From: Leptothoe kymatousa TAU-MAC 1615
Lineage (GTDB): Bacteria > Cyanobacteriota > Cyanobacteriia > Phormidesmidales > Phormidesmidaceae
NCBI RefSeq assembly: GCF_018739865.1
Contig: NZ_JADOER010000004.1
Span: 501,067 to 565,066 of the forward strand
Direction: 5' to 3'
Length of the DNA stretch: 64,000 nt
The notes beneath the pieces were generated by a model. The model did no database searches. It was not told the origin of the DNA and saw nothing but the letters and a program-made list of their open reading frames with translations. Both the position numbers and the translations under genes were made by a program. Positions 30,117 through 39,810 of this stretch are shown here, piece after piece. Each line of letters starts with the position of its first letter. Within the stretch, counting starts at the first letter, position 1.

Positions 30117-30500
30117 GGAAGGAGACCGCAAAGGCGGAATGCGGAAAGAAGCGTATATGCCGCATCTTGAACTGCAAATGCTTGAAACACATCGTGCGTT
30201 GTGTTGATGGATTAGGTGCTGCCTTAGGACTGGCGCGATCGCAAACGCTGCAACGAGACCAAACGATTTTGGCCTGTGGGTTCTCGTTATACTTCTTTAC
30301 GAAAATATGAGGGTTTACACCAACGTTAATCATTTGCTAAAGACTTCCACGCTCAAATACTTTGGAGCCTGAACGGCCTTAGATAGGCCTCTGTTTTCTG
30401 AGAAAAAAGCAACATATTGAAACAAATTGAGTAAATATACTTATCGGTTTGCAGGCTGGGGTCAGTCAATCAAATACAATCTTTTGGACTATAAAGCTCA

Positions 30501-31259
30501 ATGAATTTCAGCTTGTCCATTTATAAAAGTCAATTCAAAATGCAAACTCTTGCCAATAATAATCAGGTTATCCCCGTATCCACCAATGGCTTTATTCGTC
30601 TAGAAAGCGGTGATACTAGCGGCATTAAGACGTTTACGAAAATGGATAAAGTCGACTGCCTCCAGGCGGTCTATCGTCGTCTTTTCAAAGACAATCGCAA
30701 TATTGACTTCCATCACAATGAGTCTCTAGATTCTGCCTACCTCAATGGTGAAATCACCACTCAAGAGTTAGTTCGTGAGCTAATTTGCTCCGATATGTTT
30801 ATTAACTATATTCTGGCTACTAACAGCAACTATCGCTTTGTGCAGCTTTGCTTTGAGCGTGTGTTGGGGCGCCCCGCCATTCAGTCCGAAACGTTCCAGT
30901 GGAGTTCTTTGTTGGCCTCCGAAGGAATTCATTCCTTTGCCGACAAGCTCACGACTTCTGATGAGTACATGGCTGCTTTTGGCGCCTATCAGGTGCCTAG
31001 CCGTCGTTCTATCAAGCTATCTTCTAGCAATCAGGATCTGCCTGCCCTACCCAAAGAGCTCAGCATCAAGCGCTATCAGGGTGAAGGTAATCAAGCGCAG
31101 TTTAGCTTTGTGGGTGCCGTCAATCCCCTATGGGAAGGCAACATGCCCCCTGCCATTATTCGCAAGCTTGGTGCCGTTATCACCGTTGCTGGTGTGATCG
31201 AAGTGACTCGTATTTTGCTAACGGTTGCCGCAGGGGCCGTCACCGCTGGTCACATGTAA
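30501..31259 (+). CDS. Phycobilisome-linker (PBS-linker) domain-containing protein. The start is possibly at 30540
   Basis: LQAVYRRLF…LNGEITTQELVRELICSDMF…NYRFVQLCFERVLGRPAIQSETFQWSSLLASEGIHSFADKLTTSDEYMAAFG matches the PBS-linker fold consensus. No CpcD-type C-terminal domain. Confidence 0.6.
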   Translation: MNFSLSIYKSQFKMQTLANNNQVIPVSTNGFIRLESGDTSGIKTFTKMDKVDCLQAVYRRLFKDNRNIDFHHNESLDSAYLNGEITTQELVRELICSDMFINYILATNSNYRFVQLCFERVLGRPAIQSETFQWSSLLASEGIHSFADKLTTSDEYMAAFGAYQVPSRRSIKLSSSNQDLPALPKELSIKRYQGEGNQAQFSFVGAVNPLWEGNMPPAIIRKLGAVITVAGVIEVTRILLTVAAGAVTAGHM

Positions 31260-31293
31260 AACGCTTGATTGCGGTTTACATCGTTTTCTGAGT

Positions 31294-31326
31294 AAAAAAG
31301 GCCGGTCCATTGACCGGCCTTTTCTT
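31294..31326. terminator. Bidirectional intrinsic terminator (AAAAA-AGGCCGGTC-CATT-GACCGGCCT-TTTC) between convergent genes
   Basis: 9-bp GC-rich stem flanked by an A-run and a T-run. Confidence 0.75.
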
Positions 31327-31378
31327 TGGCTATGGCTGGGTGTGGCCTTTAATGGGCTTGGCCTTTAAGGGCTTTGAA

Positions 31379-32623
31379 TTATTTCCCTTCCGGTAGCTGT
31401 TGGTTGTTGCCAAAGTTGTTGACGGCGCTGGCAAGGTCGAGGCCAGTACTTTGTTTCAACTGTTCCATAATTGCGATCGCTTGCTTTGCGCCACCGCTAG
31501 CACCATCGATCATGGTCACATTCTGCACCTCCACATCCGGCACCGTAGAACTCAACGTCTTCAGCAATACTTCCAACTTTTGCAACAGGAAAATATCCCG
31601 TGCATTCTCTCCCGCAGCCCGCCAGGACTCCGCCAGTTTCTTAGTACCTTCCGCCTGGGCCTTGCCATCCTCAATAATCTGAGCGGCGTCACCCTTGGCT
31701 TCAGCCATGGCCCGCTTGCAATCCGCTTCAGCCGGCGCAATGACGTCTGCCTTAAGCTGCTCGGTCACCTGCTTGATGCGCTCTTGTTGCACCGGAATCT
31801 CAGACTGAAAGCGCACCAGCTCAGAGGCAATCTCCGCTTCCACTTCAGCGACAACGGCCCCTCGCTTGGTTAAAGCATCCTGGATCCGACGTTCCGCTTC
31901 CGCTTCGGCAATGCCCGTATCCCGCGAAATGCGTCGCACAGAGGTTATTTTTTCATTTTCTGCGGTTTGAATGGCAGAGGCTGCCTGCGCTTCCGCTTCG
32001 GCAATGCGGGCATCTCGCTGGAGCTGGGCCTGCTGTTTACGACCGATGGAATCGAGGTAGCGCACATTGTCAGAAATATTTTGGATCTGCAGCGTATCTA
32101 GCACTAGGCCTAGCTTTTCTAGATCCTCTTCGGCTTCATCCAGCAGGCTTTTGGCAAAAGCAATTTTATCTTCGTTGACCTGCTCGGGGGTTAGGCTGGC
32201 AAGGACACCGCGTAGATTTCCTTCTAGGGTCTCCTTGGCAATCTTCTCAATCTCTTTTCGACTCTTGCCCAAGAGTCTTTCGATGGCATTGTGGATGGCG
32301 GGCTCTTCCCCAGCGACTTTGATATTGGCGACGCCATCCACCTGTAATGGGATGCCGCCCTTAGAATAGGCGTTGGCCACCTTTAGCTCAATAATCATAT
32401 TGGTGAGGTCCATGCGTAACGCCCGTTCCACCAACGGTTTACGGATGCTACTGCCGCCTTTGACTAAGCGGTAGCCCACTGTTTTTTGCCCTCGGCGTTG
32501 CTGGCCCCCGGCAAAAATGAGCACTTCATTGGGCTGGCAGATGTAGTAAAGGTTGCGAATGATTAGGGAGATCACACCAGTGCCTCCCCCGGCAATCAGC
32601 AATAAAAGAAAGATAGCTGGCAT
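31379..32623 (-). CDS. Flotillin/SPFH (band-7) family protein, YqiK-like, paralogue 1
   Basis: N-terminal TM (MPAIFLLLLIAGGGTGVISLII), then SPFH regions (VANAYSKGGIPLQVDGVANIKV…TLEGNLRGVLASLTPEQVNEDK) and an EA-rich coiled coil (RDARIAEAEAQAASA…). Confidence 0.8.
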   Translation of the reverse strand: MPAIFLLLLIAGGGTGVISLIIRNLYYICQPNEVLIFAGGQQRRGQKTVGYRLVKGGSSIRKPLVERALRMDLTNMIIELKVANAYSKGGIPLQVDGVANIKVAGEEPAIHNAIERLLGKSRKEIEKIAKETLEGNLRGVLASLTPEQVNEDKIAFAKSLLDEAEEDLEKLGLVLDTLQIQNISDNVRYLDSIGRKQQAQLQRDARIAEAEAQAASAIQTAENEKITSVRRISRDTGIAEAEAERRIQDALTKRGAVVAEVEAEIASELVRFQSEIPVQQERIKQVTEQLKADVIAPAEADCKRAMAEAKGDAAQIIEDGKAQAEGTKKLAESWRAAGENARDIFLLQKLEVLLKTLSSTVPDVEVQNVTMIDGASGGAKQAIAIMEQLKQSTGLDLASAVNNFGNNQQLPEGK

Positions 32624-32715
32624 TAGCGTGTGGTCTCCAAAAGGTTACGAATCATCAGGTAGGTCATGCTAGACCCACCGGCAACAATAATGAGCAGAAA
32701 GATCAACCCTGGCAT
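32623..32715 (-). CDS. 30-aa mini-ORF (MPGLIFLLIIVAGGSSMTYLMIRNLLETTR) that duplicates the N-terminal TM helix of the downstream flotillin. Either a small TM peptide or a duplication remnant
   Basis: Its ATG overlaps the stop of flotillin 2 (TAATG), and its stop overlaps the ATG of flotillin 1 (TAATG). Clear similarity to MPAIFLLLLIAGGGTGVISLIIRNL. Confidence 0.35.
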   Translation of the reverse strand: MPGLIFLLIIVAGGSSMTYLMIRNLLETTR

Positions 32716-34157
32716 TAGTGGTTATCCTTCGGATTGTCTGCAGCCACGGGGTTGAGGCGCTGTTGAAAATCTAAACTTTGGTGCAGAGTGCCGGTGACAT
32801 CGATGCCCAACGTGTTGTCCACTTGTTTTAGAAACTGTCGCACCACATCGGGATAAACATTCACCAGGTTGGCGATAGACTGGCCATCGCCGTTGTCGAT
32901 AACGTTGACATTCTGTAGATGAATGCGAGCGGGGATTTTAGCCGCTTCCCGCAGGACCATGTCAATCTGTTGAATCAAAAAGACTTGGGTGGCGTCGGTG
33001 CCGCTTTCGGCCCACACCTCAGCCAGCATGTCATTGACTAGGGCTGCGGCCTTGGCATTTTCTTCTAGGGCTGCGGCTTGGCCCTTGGCATAGAGTTCTT
33101 GCGCCTGTTTCGCGGCCTGGGCCGGCAGTACTTCATCGGCTTGCAGGCGTAAGCGCTCTAGTTCAGCCCTTACGGTTTGGAGCTTTTGCTCTGCGCGCGC
33201 CCGTGCTTCTTTTGCTGCTGCCGTGGTCCGTTCCTCTTCAGATTTGGCCCGTTCCTCTAGCTCGGCTTTGATTTTACGCAGTTCATTTTGCTTTTGCTGC
33301 ACCACAGTGAGGGCCTGGGTTTTTGCCACTTCTGCCTGCTTTTGGCAGTCGGCTTCAATCCGGTCTGCTTCACCAACGGCTTCGGCTTCGGCGATCTCTG
33401 CATCACGAATGATATTGGCAATTTGGCGACGCCCGATGGAACTGAGGTAGTCCATGTCGTCGGTGACACTTTGGATTTTTAAGGTGTCCAGGTGCAGCCC
33501 CAGCTTGCCCAAGTCCTTGGCCACATCAGCGGCGATGCGTTCGGCAAAGTTTAGCCGATCTTCGTTTACCTGTTCTGGTGTGAGCAGGGCGACCACACCA
33601 CGGAGGTTGCCTTCTAGGGTTTCTCGGACGACGCGTCGGATTTCAGAACGATTGCGCCCCAAAAAGCGCTCAATGGCGTTACCCACAACGCTGGGATTGC
33701 TAGAAATTTTGACATTGGCAATGGCCTGAATATTCAGGGGGGTGCCGCCTTTGGCATAGGCATTGGTGACTTCTACGGGAATGGGCATGGTGGTCATATC
33801 CATGCTCTGTACCCGCTCAATGATGGGGATAACCAGGGTGCGTTCACCAAAAACCACCCGATAGCCAATGGACTGTCCCCGTTTGTTTTTGTACTTGCGC
33901 CCCGAGATAATCAAAATTTGGTTGGGGTTGCAGATACGTAGGCAGGTTTTGAGTAATACAATCAGTGCCCCAACGCCCACTAGGCCCAGCAATAGGGCGC
34001 TTCCCCCAATAAATGCACCCACTTGGGCCGTATTTTGGCTGGCGTGGTTTAGGGGAATGGCCTGGGCTACTTCATAGCTGATAATGTCAGCTTCGGTTGT
34101 TTCTGTTGATGCTGGTAGCGGTTGTCCCAACAGAATGGGAGGAGTATGTTTCATTGG
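32715..34157 (-). CDS. Flotillin/SPFH family protein, paralogue 2 (longer N-terminal extension). The start is taken at MKHTPP. The track start at 34226 would overlap nfeD
   Basis: SPFH blocks parallel to paralogue 1 (TNAYAKGGTPLNIQAIANVKI…TLEGNLRGVVALLTPEQVNEDR). EA/K-rich coiled coil. Confidence 0.75.
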   Translation of the reverse strand, partial: PMKHTPPILLGQPLPASTETTEADIISYEVAQAIPLNHASQNTAQVGAFIGGSALLLGLVGVGALIVLLKTCLRICNPNQILIISGRKYKNKRGQSIGYRVVFGERTLVIPIIERVQSMDMTTMPIPVEVTNAYAKGGTPLNIQAIANVKISSNPSVVGNAIERFLGRNRSEIRRVVRETLEGNLRGVVALLTPEQVNEDRLNFAERIAADVAKDLGKLGLHLDTLKIQSVTDDMDYLSSIGRRQIANIIRDAEIAEAEAVGEADRIEADCQKQAEVAKTQALTVVQQKQNELRKIKAELEERAKSEEERTTAAAKEARARAEQKLQTVRAELERLRLQADEVLPAQAAKQAQELYAKGQAAALEENAKAAALVNDMLAEVWAESGTDATQVFLIQQIDMVLREAAKIPARIHLQNVNVIDNGDGQSIANLVNVYPDVVRQFLKQVDNTLGIDVTGTLHQSLDFQQRLNPVAADNPKDNH

Positions 34158-34189
34158 GTGAGATATAAATTTGTAAACTGTTGTGGAGA

Positions 34190-34885
34190 TTATTGTTGTG
34201 TGGCAGTTTCCTCTGAAACGACCCACAGCCGGTTGTTGTCAACATTGATGATGAGTACTTTGTCCCCCGGTGCAAACTGCTTGTGGTCGTCTGTCAGCGC
34301 GATCATGTGTAGGACACTGCCGCGCAGTTCTAACTGCACTTTTCCTTTACTGTGTTGGTCAAAGGGGAGTTCGACGATGCCTACTCGACCGGCAAAATCT
34401 TCGGTGCGAATTAGGCTATCGGCATGGCGGCGAGCTAGGTGGCGTAGGGCAATGGCCAATGTTCCCCCTAGCAATGTACCCATGGCGAGCGCTGCAATAA
34501 ATACGAGCAGCGGTGGCAGGTTGGACTGGACCCAACCGAGGCTGAGACCTGTGAGGCCAAAGAAAAAGCCGCCGACGGTCCAAAATTTGAAGCTAGTCAG
34601 GATATTGAGGCTAAAGACGTAGACTCCTTTTACTTGGCGTAGGAGCTGGAGGTCCGTGTCAATTTCGGCATCTAAGCTAGCCTCTGGACTGATGCCATCG
34701 GGCATACTGCTGTTAAGATCTGTGTCTAGATCTACGTCAGCATCGAGGTCTGCATCAAAGTCGGCATCGATTTCGGCGTCAAAGTTAGCTCCGGCATCGA
34801 AGTCGGTATCACTAGCGCCGCCTAGGGTGGCGATCGCAACAAAGACGCCACCGATAACAAAACAAAACCAATAAACTGACTGCAC
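34190..34885 (-). CDS. NfeD-family membrane protein (YqiJ-like), partner of the flotillins
   Basis: N-terminal TM, an Asp-rich tract (DFDAGANFDAEIDADFDADLDADVDLDTDL), further TM helices and a C-terminal beta-domain (VLIINVDNNRLWV). First gene of the NfeD-flotillin operon. Confidence 0.7.
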   Translation of the reverse strand: MQSVYWFCFVIGGVFVAIATLGGASDTDFDAGANFDAEIDADFDADLDADVDLDTDLNSSMPDGISPEASLDAEIDTDLQLLRQVKGVYVFSLNILTSFKFWTVGGFFFGLTGLSLGWVQSNLPPLLVFIAALAMGTLLGGTLAIALRHLARRHADSLIRTEDFAGRVGIVELPFDQHSKGKVQLELRGSVLHMIALTDDHKQFAPGDKVLIINVDNNRLWVVSEETATQQ

Positions 34886-34959
34886 AGTATCTCCTTAGGG
34901 CTTATTCCCTAGTGGTAGTTAGATACAGGTTGTGACTTAAAAATTCCCGATATCTTGAA

Positions 34960-34995
34960 CAAAAAAGGCACCCCCTAAGGAGTGCCCGTTGCTTA
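34960..34995 (-). terminator. Intrinsic terminator for nrdJ (AAAAAA-GGCACCCC-ctaa-GGAGTGCC on the plus strand, equivalent to hairpin plus T-run on the minus strand)
   Basis: 8-bp stem with one mismatch, adjacent A-run. Lies 77-112 nt downstream of the nrdJ stop (35072). Confidence 0.5.
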
Positions 34996-35071
34996 TCTTC
35001 TACTGAAGGTGAGTGTGTGTTTCTCCCATTCAGCGGAAGGCTTGATTCACGGAAGAACGGTTGAGGTTTGC

Positions 35072-37249
35072 CTAACCAGGTTTTTTCTCTGGCAGCAAAC
35101 ACTTGTCAGAGTCACATCCAGCCGGCCCTGCCTCGATGAGTTCACCGGCGTCATAGCCTTCCAAGGCGGAGTGGAAGTTATCGGTTTTACGGCGACCCAC
35201 AACTTCACTGCACAGTTCCTCATATCGGGCCTTGTCAATGGGCTCGAACGGCAGACGGGGGAACGTTTGTAGGTCATCAAAACGAGCTAGCAGTGCCGAA
35301 GAAATATAGCCCTCATCGTTTTCGACCGCCTGGTGAATGCGCTGGGCCAAGGGCTCAATTTCGTTTTCACGGAACTCGATGGTGGCGGAGGTGTTGTGGG
35401 CTGTGTAGTTGCTTTGCACCTGCATGTAGAAATCGAACTGGGCCAAGGCCGAGAACTGTTCAATGGCCACGGCATCTGCTCCAGGCAGGTTTGCCCAGGG
35501 CACTTCCACGGGCATTTCCACCAGCCACTCCGTGCAGCGTGGATCAAAGGGATCGTTGAGCAGGTTGCCATTTTCATCCTTATCGGATTGGGATGGCACC
35601 ACCGAATAGCCGTAGTCGATACAGGCTAGGGCTACGGGATCGTCTTTGCGGAATGTGATGCGACGGATAAAGCGCTGGGACTTGGGGGGATGCCAGCCTG
35701 AGGAGGCACCACTGAGCAAGCTCTTTGTGCCAGCGGGCTGGACTGTGGTGCAGCGATTGGGGCGCTTGATGCCGTGGCGATCGCAATAGTCCCAAACCGT
35801 TTCATGGACAATTTTTTTCCAGCGGCTGAGATACTCTTTTTCCTTGGCCTTAAAGTCCAGTCCCTGCATTGTGTCTGGCCGACCCGCTTCCCACCAGTGG
35901 AGCCAGTCTACGCCAAAGGCCCGCACAAAGAAGTCGAATAGCCCGGTGAAGGACACCCCCACGATGGGATCTTCTAAACGGGAGTTTTGATAGCGCTGCT
36001 CAATAAACTGATGGTTTAGCAGGGCAGCCACCGCAATGCCACCGGCCCGAAATGCATCGTCCTGTTCCTGCACATTTTTCGGATCGAGCTGGTTCAAATG
36101 AATTTCCGCCAGGTTGCAGTGGAAGTTTTGACCAATAATTTCACCACAGGGGTTGAGTCCGTAACGGCCTTCCCCTTGGGCGCGGCGCTCAGCTTCCCCA
36201 GCCCACTGGATCGCCCCTTCCCCCGAATAAAACTGCTTGCGCACGGCTTCAGTCATTTCTTCTAGGGACGGCTTGGTGTGGAACACCCGAGTATGGTTGG
36301 CCATGCGCAGGGCGTCCCGTTCTGGGTCGATGCGCCAGTTGCCCTCAGAGTCTTGCTGCCACAAATTGTTCTTGGCATTTGCCGCCAGCTCATCCTGGCT
36401 GTCAAACTGGCGCATCCCGGCGGAGCGGCGGATATTGCCCGCCACCACGCAGGCCGCGGCTTCATCAATCAGTAGGCAGCATTCCACGGAATTTAGCTGG
36501 CGACCGATGGCCTTATTTAAGAGGTTGGCACAGCGGTTATATAGTTCGGGTAGCTTCACCGGGTTGGCCATGCCACCAAAGCCCTTTAGCTTTTCCCCCG
36601 CCGGGCGAACATCGCTGAGGCTTACCGTAATTTCAACATCGCCGGTAAAGCCTGCTTCGCTGGAGAGTTCCAAAATTTTCTGATACGACGCCACCCAACC
36701 GTTGCGGCTATCTCCCACACGGATTGTCACCCGGTTGCCATCGACGGTAACCTCGGTTTCCTCGCGGCGCTGGTCGGCCGGGGTGGTGCCCACATCCCCC
36801 GCCATGGTCACCGTTAAGTGATTGCGAATGGTGGGCAGCTGGTTGATGTACTTGGGCTCAAGGACCGCCCCGGTACCACAGCCCATCATGGCTAGATCCA
36901 TCATCAACCCAAAGGAGCGCCAGTCCACGACGTTTGTGCTGGTGCAGTTATAGGCTCCCGAAAAATTCTTTTGCTGCTTGCTCCAATCGGTGCCGCCTAC
37001 CCAGAGCCAACGACCGGACGGCAGTGCTTTCAATTCCCGATGCATACGCTGCACCAGCGTCTTCTCTGCGTCGGTGAGCTGACCTAACTCGACTAAGCCA
37101 CCCAGGGTGCGATCGCACACGTCGTACCAAGACTCGCGACGACCATCATCTAAACGACGGCTGTAGGTGCGATAAAAAACAGGGTAGGCCGCTGGTGCAG
37201 TTTCAGGAAAAGGCGTTTTTGTCCGTAGCCGTTCTAACTCTTGAACCAT
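35072..37249 (-). CDS. nrdJ: Adenosylcobalamin-dependent (class II) ribonucleotide reductase NrdJ. The start is taken at MVQELERL
   Basis: Active-site motif NPCGEI plus a C-terminal Cys pair (…GCDSDKCLLPEKKPG). Size and N-terminus (PETAPAAYPVFYRTYSRR) are typical of cyanobacterial NrdJ. Confidence 0.8.
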   Translation of the reverse strand: MVQELERLRTKTPFPETAPAAYPVFYRTYSRRLDDGRRESWYDVCDRTLGGLVELGQLTDAEKTLVQRMHRELKALPSGRWLWVGGTDWSKQQKNFSGAYNCTSTNVVDWRSFGLMMDLAMMGCGTGAVLEPKYINQLPTIRNHLTVTMAGDVGTTPADQRREETEVTVDGNRVTIRVGDSRNGWVASYQKILELSSEAGFTGDVEITVSLSDVRPAGEKLKGFGGMANPVKLPELYNRCANLLNKAIGRQLNSVECCLLIDEAAACVVAGNIRRSAGMRQFDSQDELAANAKNNLWQQDSEGNWRIDPERDALRMANHTRVFHTKPSLEEMTEAVRKQFYSGEGAIQWAGEAERRAQGEGRYGLNPCGEIIGQNFHCNLAEIHLNQLDPKNVQEQDDAFRAGGIAVAALLNHQFIEQRYQNSRLEDPIVGVSFTGLFDFFVRAFGVDWLHWWEAGRPDTMQGLDFKAKEKEYLSRWKKIVHETVWDYCDRHGIKRPNRCTTVQPAGTKSLLSGASSGWHPPKSQRFIRRITFRKDDPVALACIDYGYSVVPSQSDKDENGNLLNDPFDPRCTEWLVEMPVEVPWANLPGADAVAIEQFSALAQFDFYMQVQSNYTAHNTSATIEFRENEIEPLAQRIHQAVENDEGYISSALLARFDDLQTFPRLPFEPIDKARYEELCSEVVGRRKTDNFHSALEGYDAGELIEAGPAGCDSDKCLLPEKKPG

Positions 37250-37772
37250 TCGTCCGAGCTTCCTTGCGAATTTAGGGGGTTGAGTGGAGAAAATTAGAAG
37301 ACTAACAACGGCACATATAGCGTTAGTCGCATCCTCAACAATCGTTAACACTCTAAATGTGCTTTGCACATGGAAATAAAGACTAACATCCCTAATCAAA
37401 AAAATCTAGCGTTTTGTATGGAAGGTAAAACACTAGATGTAGTGATTTGTGTATATAGAGAACTTATTCCTAATAAAGTCAGTCGATTCATACAAGCGGA
37501 CAGGGTAACGCTGTGGCTTAATTTGTGTAGATATCTATCATTGTTGTCCAATGTAAAATTGGGTGACTGATGCGCATAGCAGCCGATTACATCGGTAAAT
37601 CCCAGTTGTTAGGGTGTAGTTAGCGAGACATGACCCAAGCAGAATCAATTTGGGTATGGGTGTGGAGCTGTGGCATGGCTATCCTACGTATTTATGCCTA
37701 ATTCTTCACGAGAACTTAACCGCAGTTAGCCCTTAGCTCCTGTAATAATGCTGTGAATCTACCAACTGCCCA

Positions 37773-38780
37773 ATGAGCCACTCAGTCGTGTTGTCCTCTC
37801 CTGCTATAGAGACAGTGCATCGGCCGTGTAATTTCACCATTGCAATTTGCACCTACAACGGTGCGAAGAGGCTTCCCGCCGTTTTTGACCACCTAAGACA
37901 GCAGCTTGGCACCCAAGGCATACATTGGGAAATTTTTGTCATCGACAATAATAGTAGCGATGCCACGGCAGATGTGGTTCGCCAATATCAGCAAGACTGG
38001 CCGTCGGAAGTGCCACTGCGCTACTTCTTTGAGCAGCGCCAGGGAGCGGCCTATGCCCGACAGCTAGCGATGAAGTCGGCCCAAAGTGAATTAGTGGGCT
38101 TTTTAGACGACGATAATCTGCCCAATGAACACTGGGTCGCTGAGGCCTATGGGTTTGGTCAAAAATATCCCCATGTGGGAGCATACGGCAGTCAAATTCA
38201 TGGCCAGTTCGAATGCGACCTGCCTGAGGACTTTGAGCGGATTCGTTCATTTTTTGCCCTCACCCAGCGCGGTGAGGCGGCCCATGTGTACCAGCCACGG
38301 TTGCGGGTGTTGCCCCCCTCGGCAGGGCTGGTCGTGCGTCGTCAAGCCTGGCTCAATAACGTGCCAGAGCAGCTCATCCTGACGGGGCGCCATGACGAGC
38401 AGATGCTCACCGGAGAAGACCTGGAGGCAATTTCCCATATTCGCCGGGGCAACTGGGAAATTTGGCACAACCCAGCCATGAAGGTGCGCCATCAAATTCC
38501 AGCCCATCGGTTACAGCGCAGCTACCTGTTGCCGTTTTTCCGTGGCATTGGCCTCAGCCGCCACGTGACTCGCATGATCAATATGCCGCTGTGGCAGCGA
38601 CCCATTATGTTCTGGGTTTACATCGCCAACGATCTGCGTAAGGCGCTACACCATTTAGTTATCTATCGCAGCCTGCTCAAAACCCATACCGTTTCTGCCT
38701 GCGAACTGCAGCTATACCTCAGTAGTTTGATGAGTCCTTTTTATATCTGGGGCATCCTGATTAAGCGTCGATTTCGCTAA
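37773..38780 (+). CDS. Family-2 glycosyltransferase (HpsE/F-like)
   Basis: IAICTYNGAKRLPAVFDHL…FVIDNNSSDAT…FLDDDN. GT-A fold with a DxD motif. Confidence 0.7.
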   Translation: MSHSVVLSSPAIETVHRPCNFTIAICTYNGAKRLPAVFDHLRQQLGTQGIHWEIFVIDNNSSDATADVVRQYQQDWPSEVPLRYFFEQRQGAAYARQLAMKSAQSELVGFLDDDNLPNEHWVAEAYGFGQKYPHVGAYGSQIHGQFECDLPEDFERIRSFFALTQRGEAAHVYQPRLRVLPPSAGLVVRRQAWLNNVPEQLILTGRHDEQMLTGEDLEAISHIRRGNWEIWHNPAMKVRHQIPAHRLQRSYLLPFFRGIGLSRHVTRMINMPLWQRPIMFWVYIANDLRKALHHLVIYRSLLKTHTVSACELQLYLSSLMSPFYIWGILIKRRFR

Positions 38781-38793
38781 CGGGCCTGGGCTG

Positions 38794-39756
38794 ATGGCAT
38801 CCCATTCAACGGTAACGGTTTCAGTAATACTCCCCACCTATAATGGCGCACAGCGTATTCCCGCTGTGTTGCAGCGGCTGTCTCAGCAGGTTGTGGCTGC
38901 CAACATTAGTTGGAACATTTGGGTTGTTGACAACAACAGCAGTGATGACACCGCTGCTGTGGTGCAGCAATATCAGCGGCAATGGTCTGCCTGTCCCCTG
39001 AACTATGTATTTGAGCCTCGTCAGGGCTTAGCCTATGCCCGTCAGTGTGGCATTGATAGTTCGGACGGTGCCCTGGTCGCCTTTTTGGATGATGACAATT
39101 GGCCCCCGGCTGACTGGGTAAACCAGGTGGCCGAATTTGGGCGGGGCTATCCTCGGGCTGGGGCATTTGGTGGTCGCATTGCGGGGGTGTTTGAAGGGGA
39201 TACGCTCCCCGAGGATGTGGAGCCGCTTTTAGGCTTTTTGGCCATTCGCGATCGCGGCGAAACCCCCCATCCCTATCCCATCGAACAGCTCCAGTTTCCC
39301 CCCGGTGCCGGTCTGGCTGTGCGGCGGGATGCCTGGGAGCAATGTATTCCCCCAGTGCTGGTGCGCAATACCCGCGGGGCCGATGATTCCGAAATCTCCT
39401 GGCGCATGGTGAAGGCGGGGTGGGAAGTTTGGTATAACCCCTACACCACCATTGAGCACTTTATTCCCCAATCCAGGTTGCAACGCGCCTACTTACGCGC
39501 CCTTACCCATTCCTATGGGCTGTGCACCTGCGACCTGTTGATGATTGAAGCCTTGCCCTGGCAGCGCCCCATTTTGTTGCTCAAGTCTGCCCTGGGGAGT
39601 TTAAAGCGAATTTTCAAACACCTGGTGAAATATCGCCATCGATCGGTGGCAACGGTGGAAGCAGACTGTCTGCTGTCCTTTCATGTGGGCAATCTCAAAA
39701 GTCCGTTTTGGTACCTGTCTAAGCAATTTTTTAGCGTATCTAAATCCAACGCCTAG
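38794..39756 (+). CDS. Family-2 glycosyltransferase, paralogue of the preceding gene
   Basis: VSVILPTYNGAQRIPAVLQRL…WVVDNNSSDDT…FLDDDN. 13-nt spacer from the previous gene. Confidence 0.7.
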   Translation: MASHSTVTVSVILPTYNGAQRIPAVLQRLSQQVVAANISWNIWVVDNNSSDDTAAVVQQYQRQWSACPLNYVFEPRQGLAYARQCGIDSSDGALVAFLDDDNWPPADWVNQVAEFGRGYPRAGAFGGRIAGVFEGDTLPEDVEPLLGFLAIRDRGETPHPYPIEQLQFPPGAGLAVRRDAWEQCIPPVLVRNTRGADDSEISWRMVKAGWEVWYNPYTTIEHFIPQSRLQRAYLRALTHSYGLCTCDLLMIEALPWQRPILLLKSALGSLKRIFKHLVKYRHRSVATVEADCLLSFHVGNLKSPFWYLSKQFFSVSKSNA

Positions 39757-39810
39757 CATTGAGTCGCCATCCTGGCCACAACCCACCGCCGCCCTAACTT
39801 TTGAGCCCAT

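Noticed and set aside
34190-34226. 37-nt overlap between nfeD and the track start of flotillin 2
   Set aside because: The first 23 codons of the track ORF (MGRFRGNCHTTIISTTVYKFISH) look non-protein-like. The start was moved to MKHTPP (34157), which removes the overlap.
37250-37400. Possible NrdR boxes or a cobalamin riboswitch upstream of nrdJ
   Set aside because: Two imperfect A/T-rich palindromes (cacatttagagtg, gctatatgtgc) lie about 36 nt apart and resemble NrdR boxes only loosely. No B12-riboswitch core (the conserved B12 box) was recognised. Not supportable without a motif scan.
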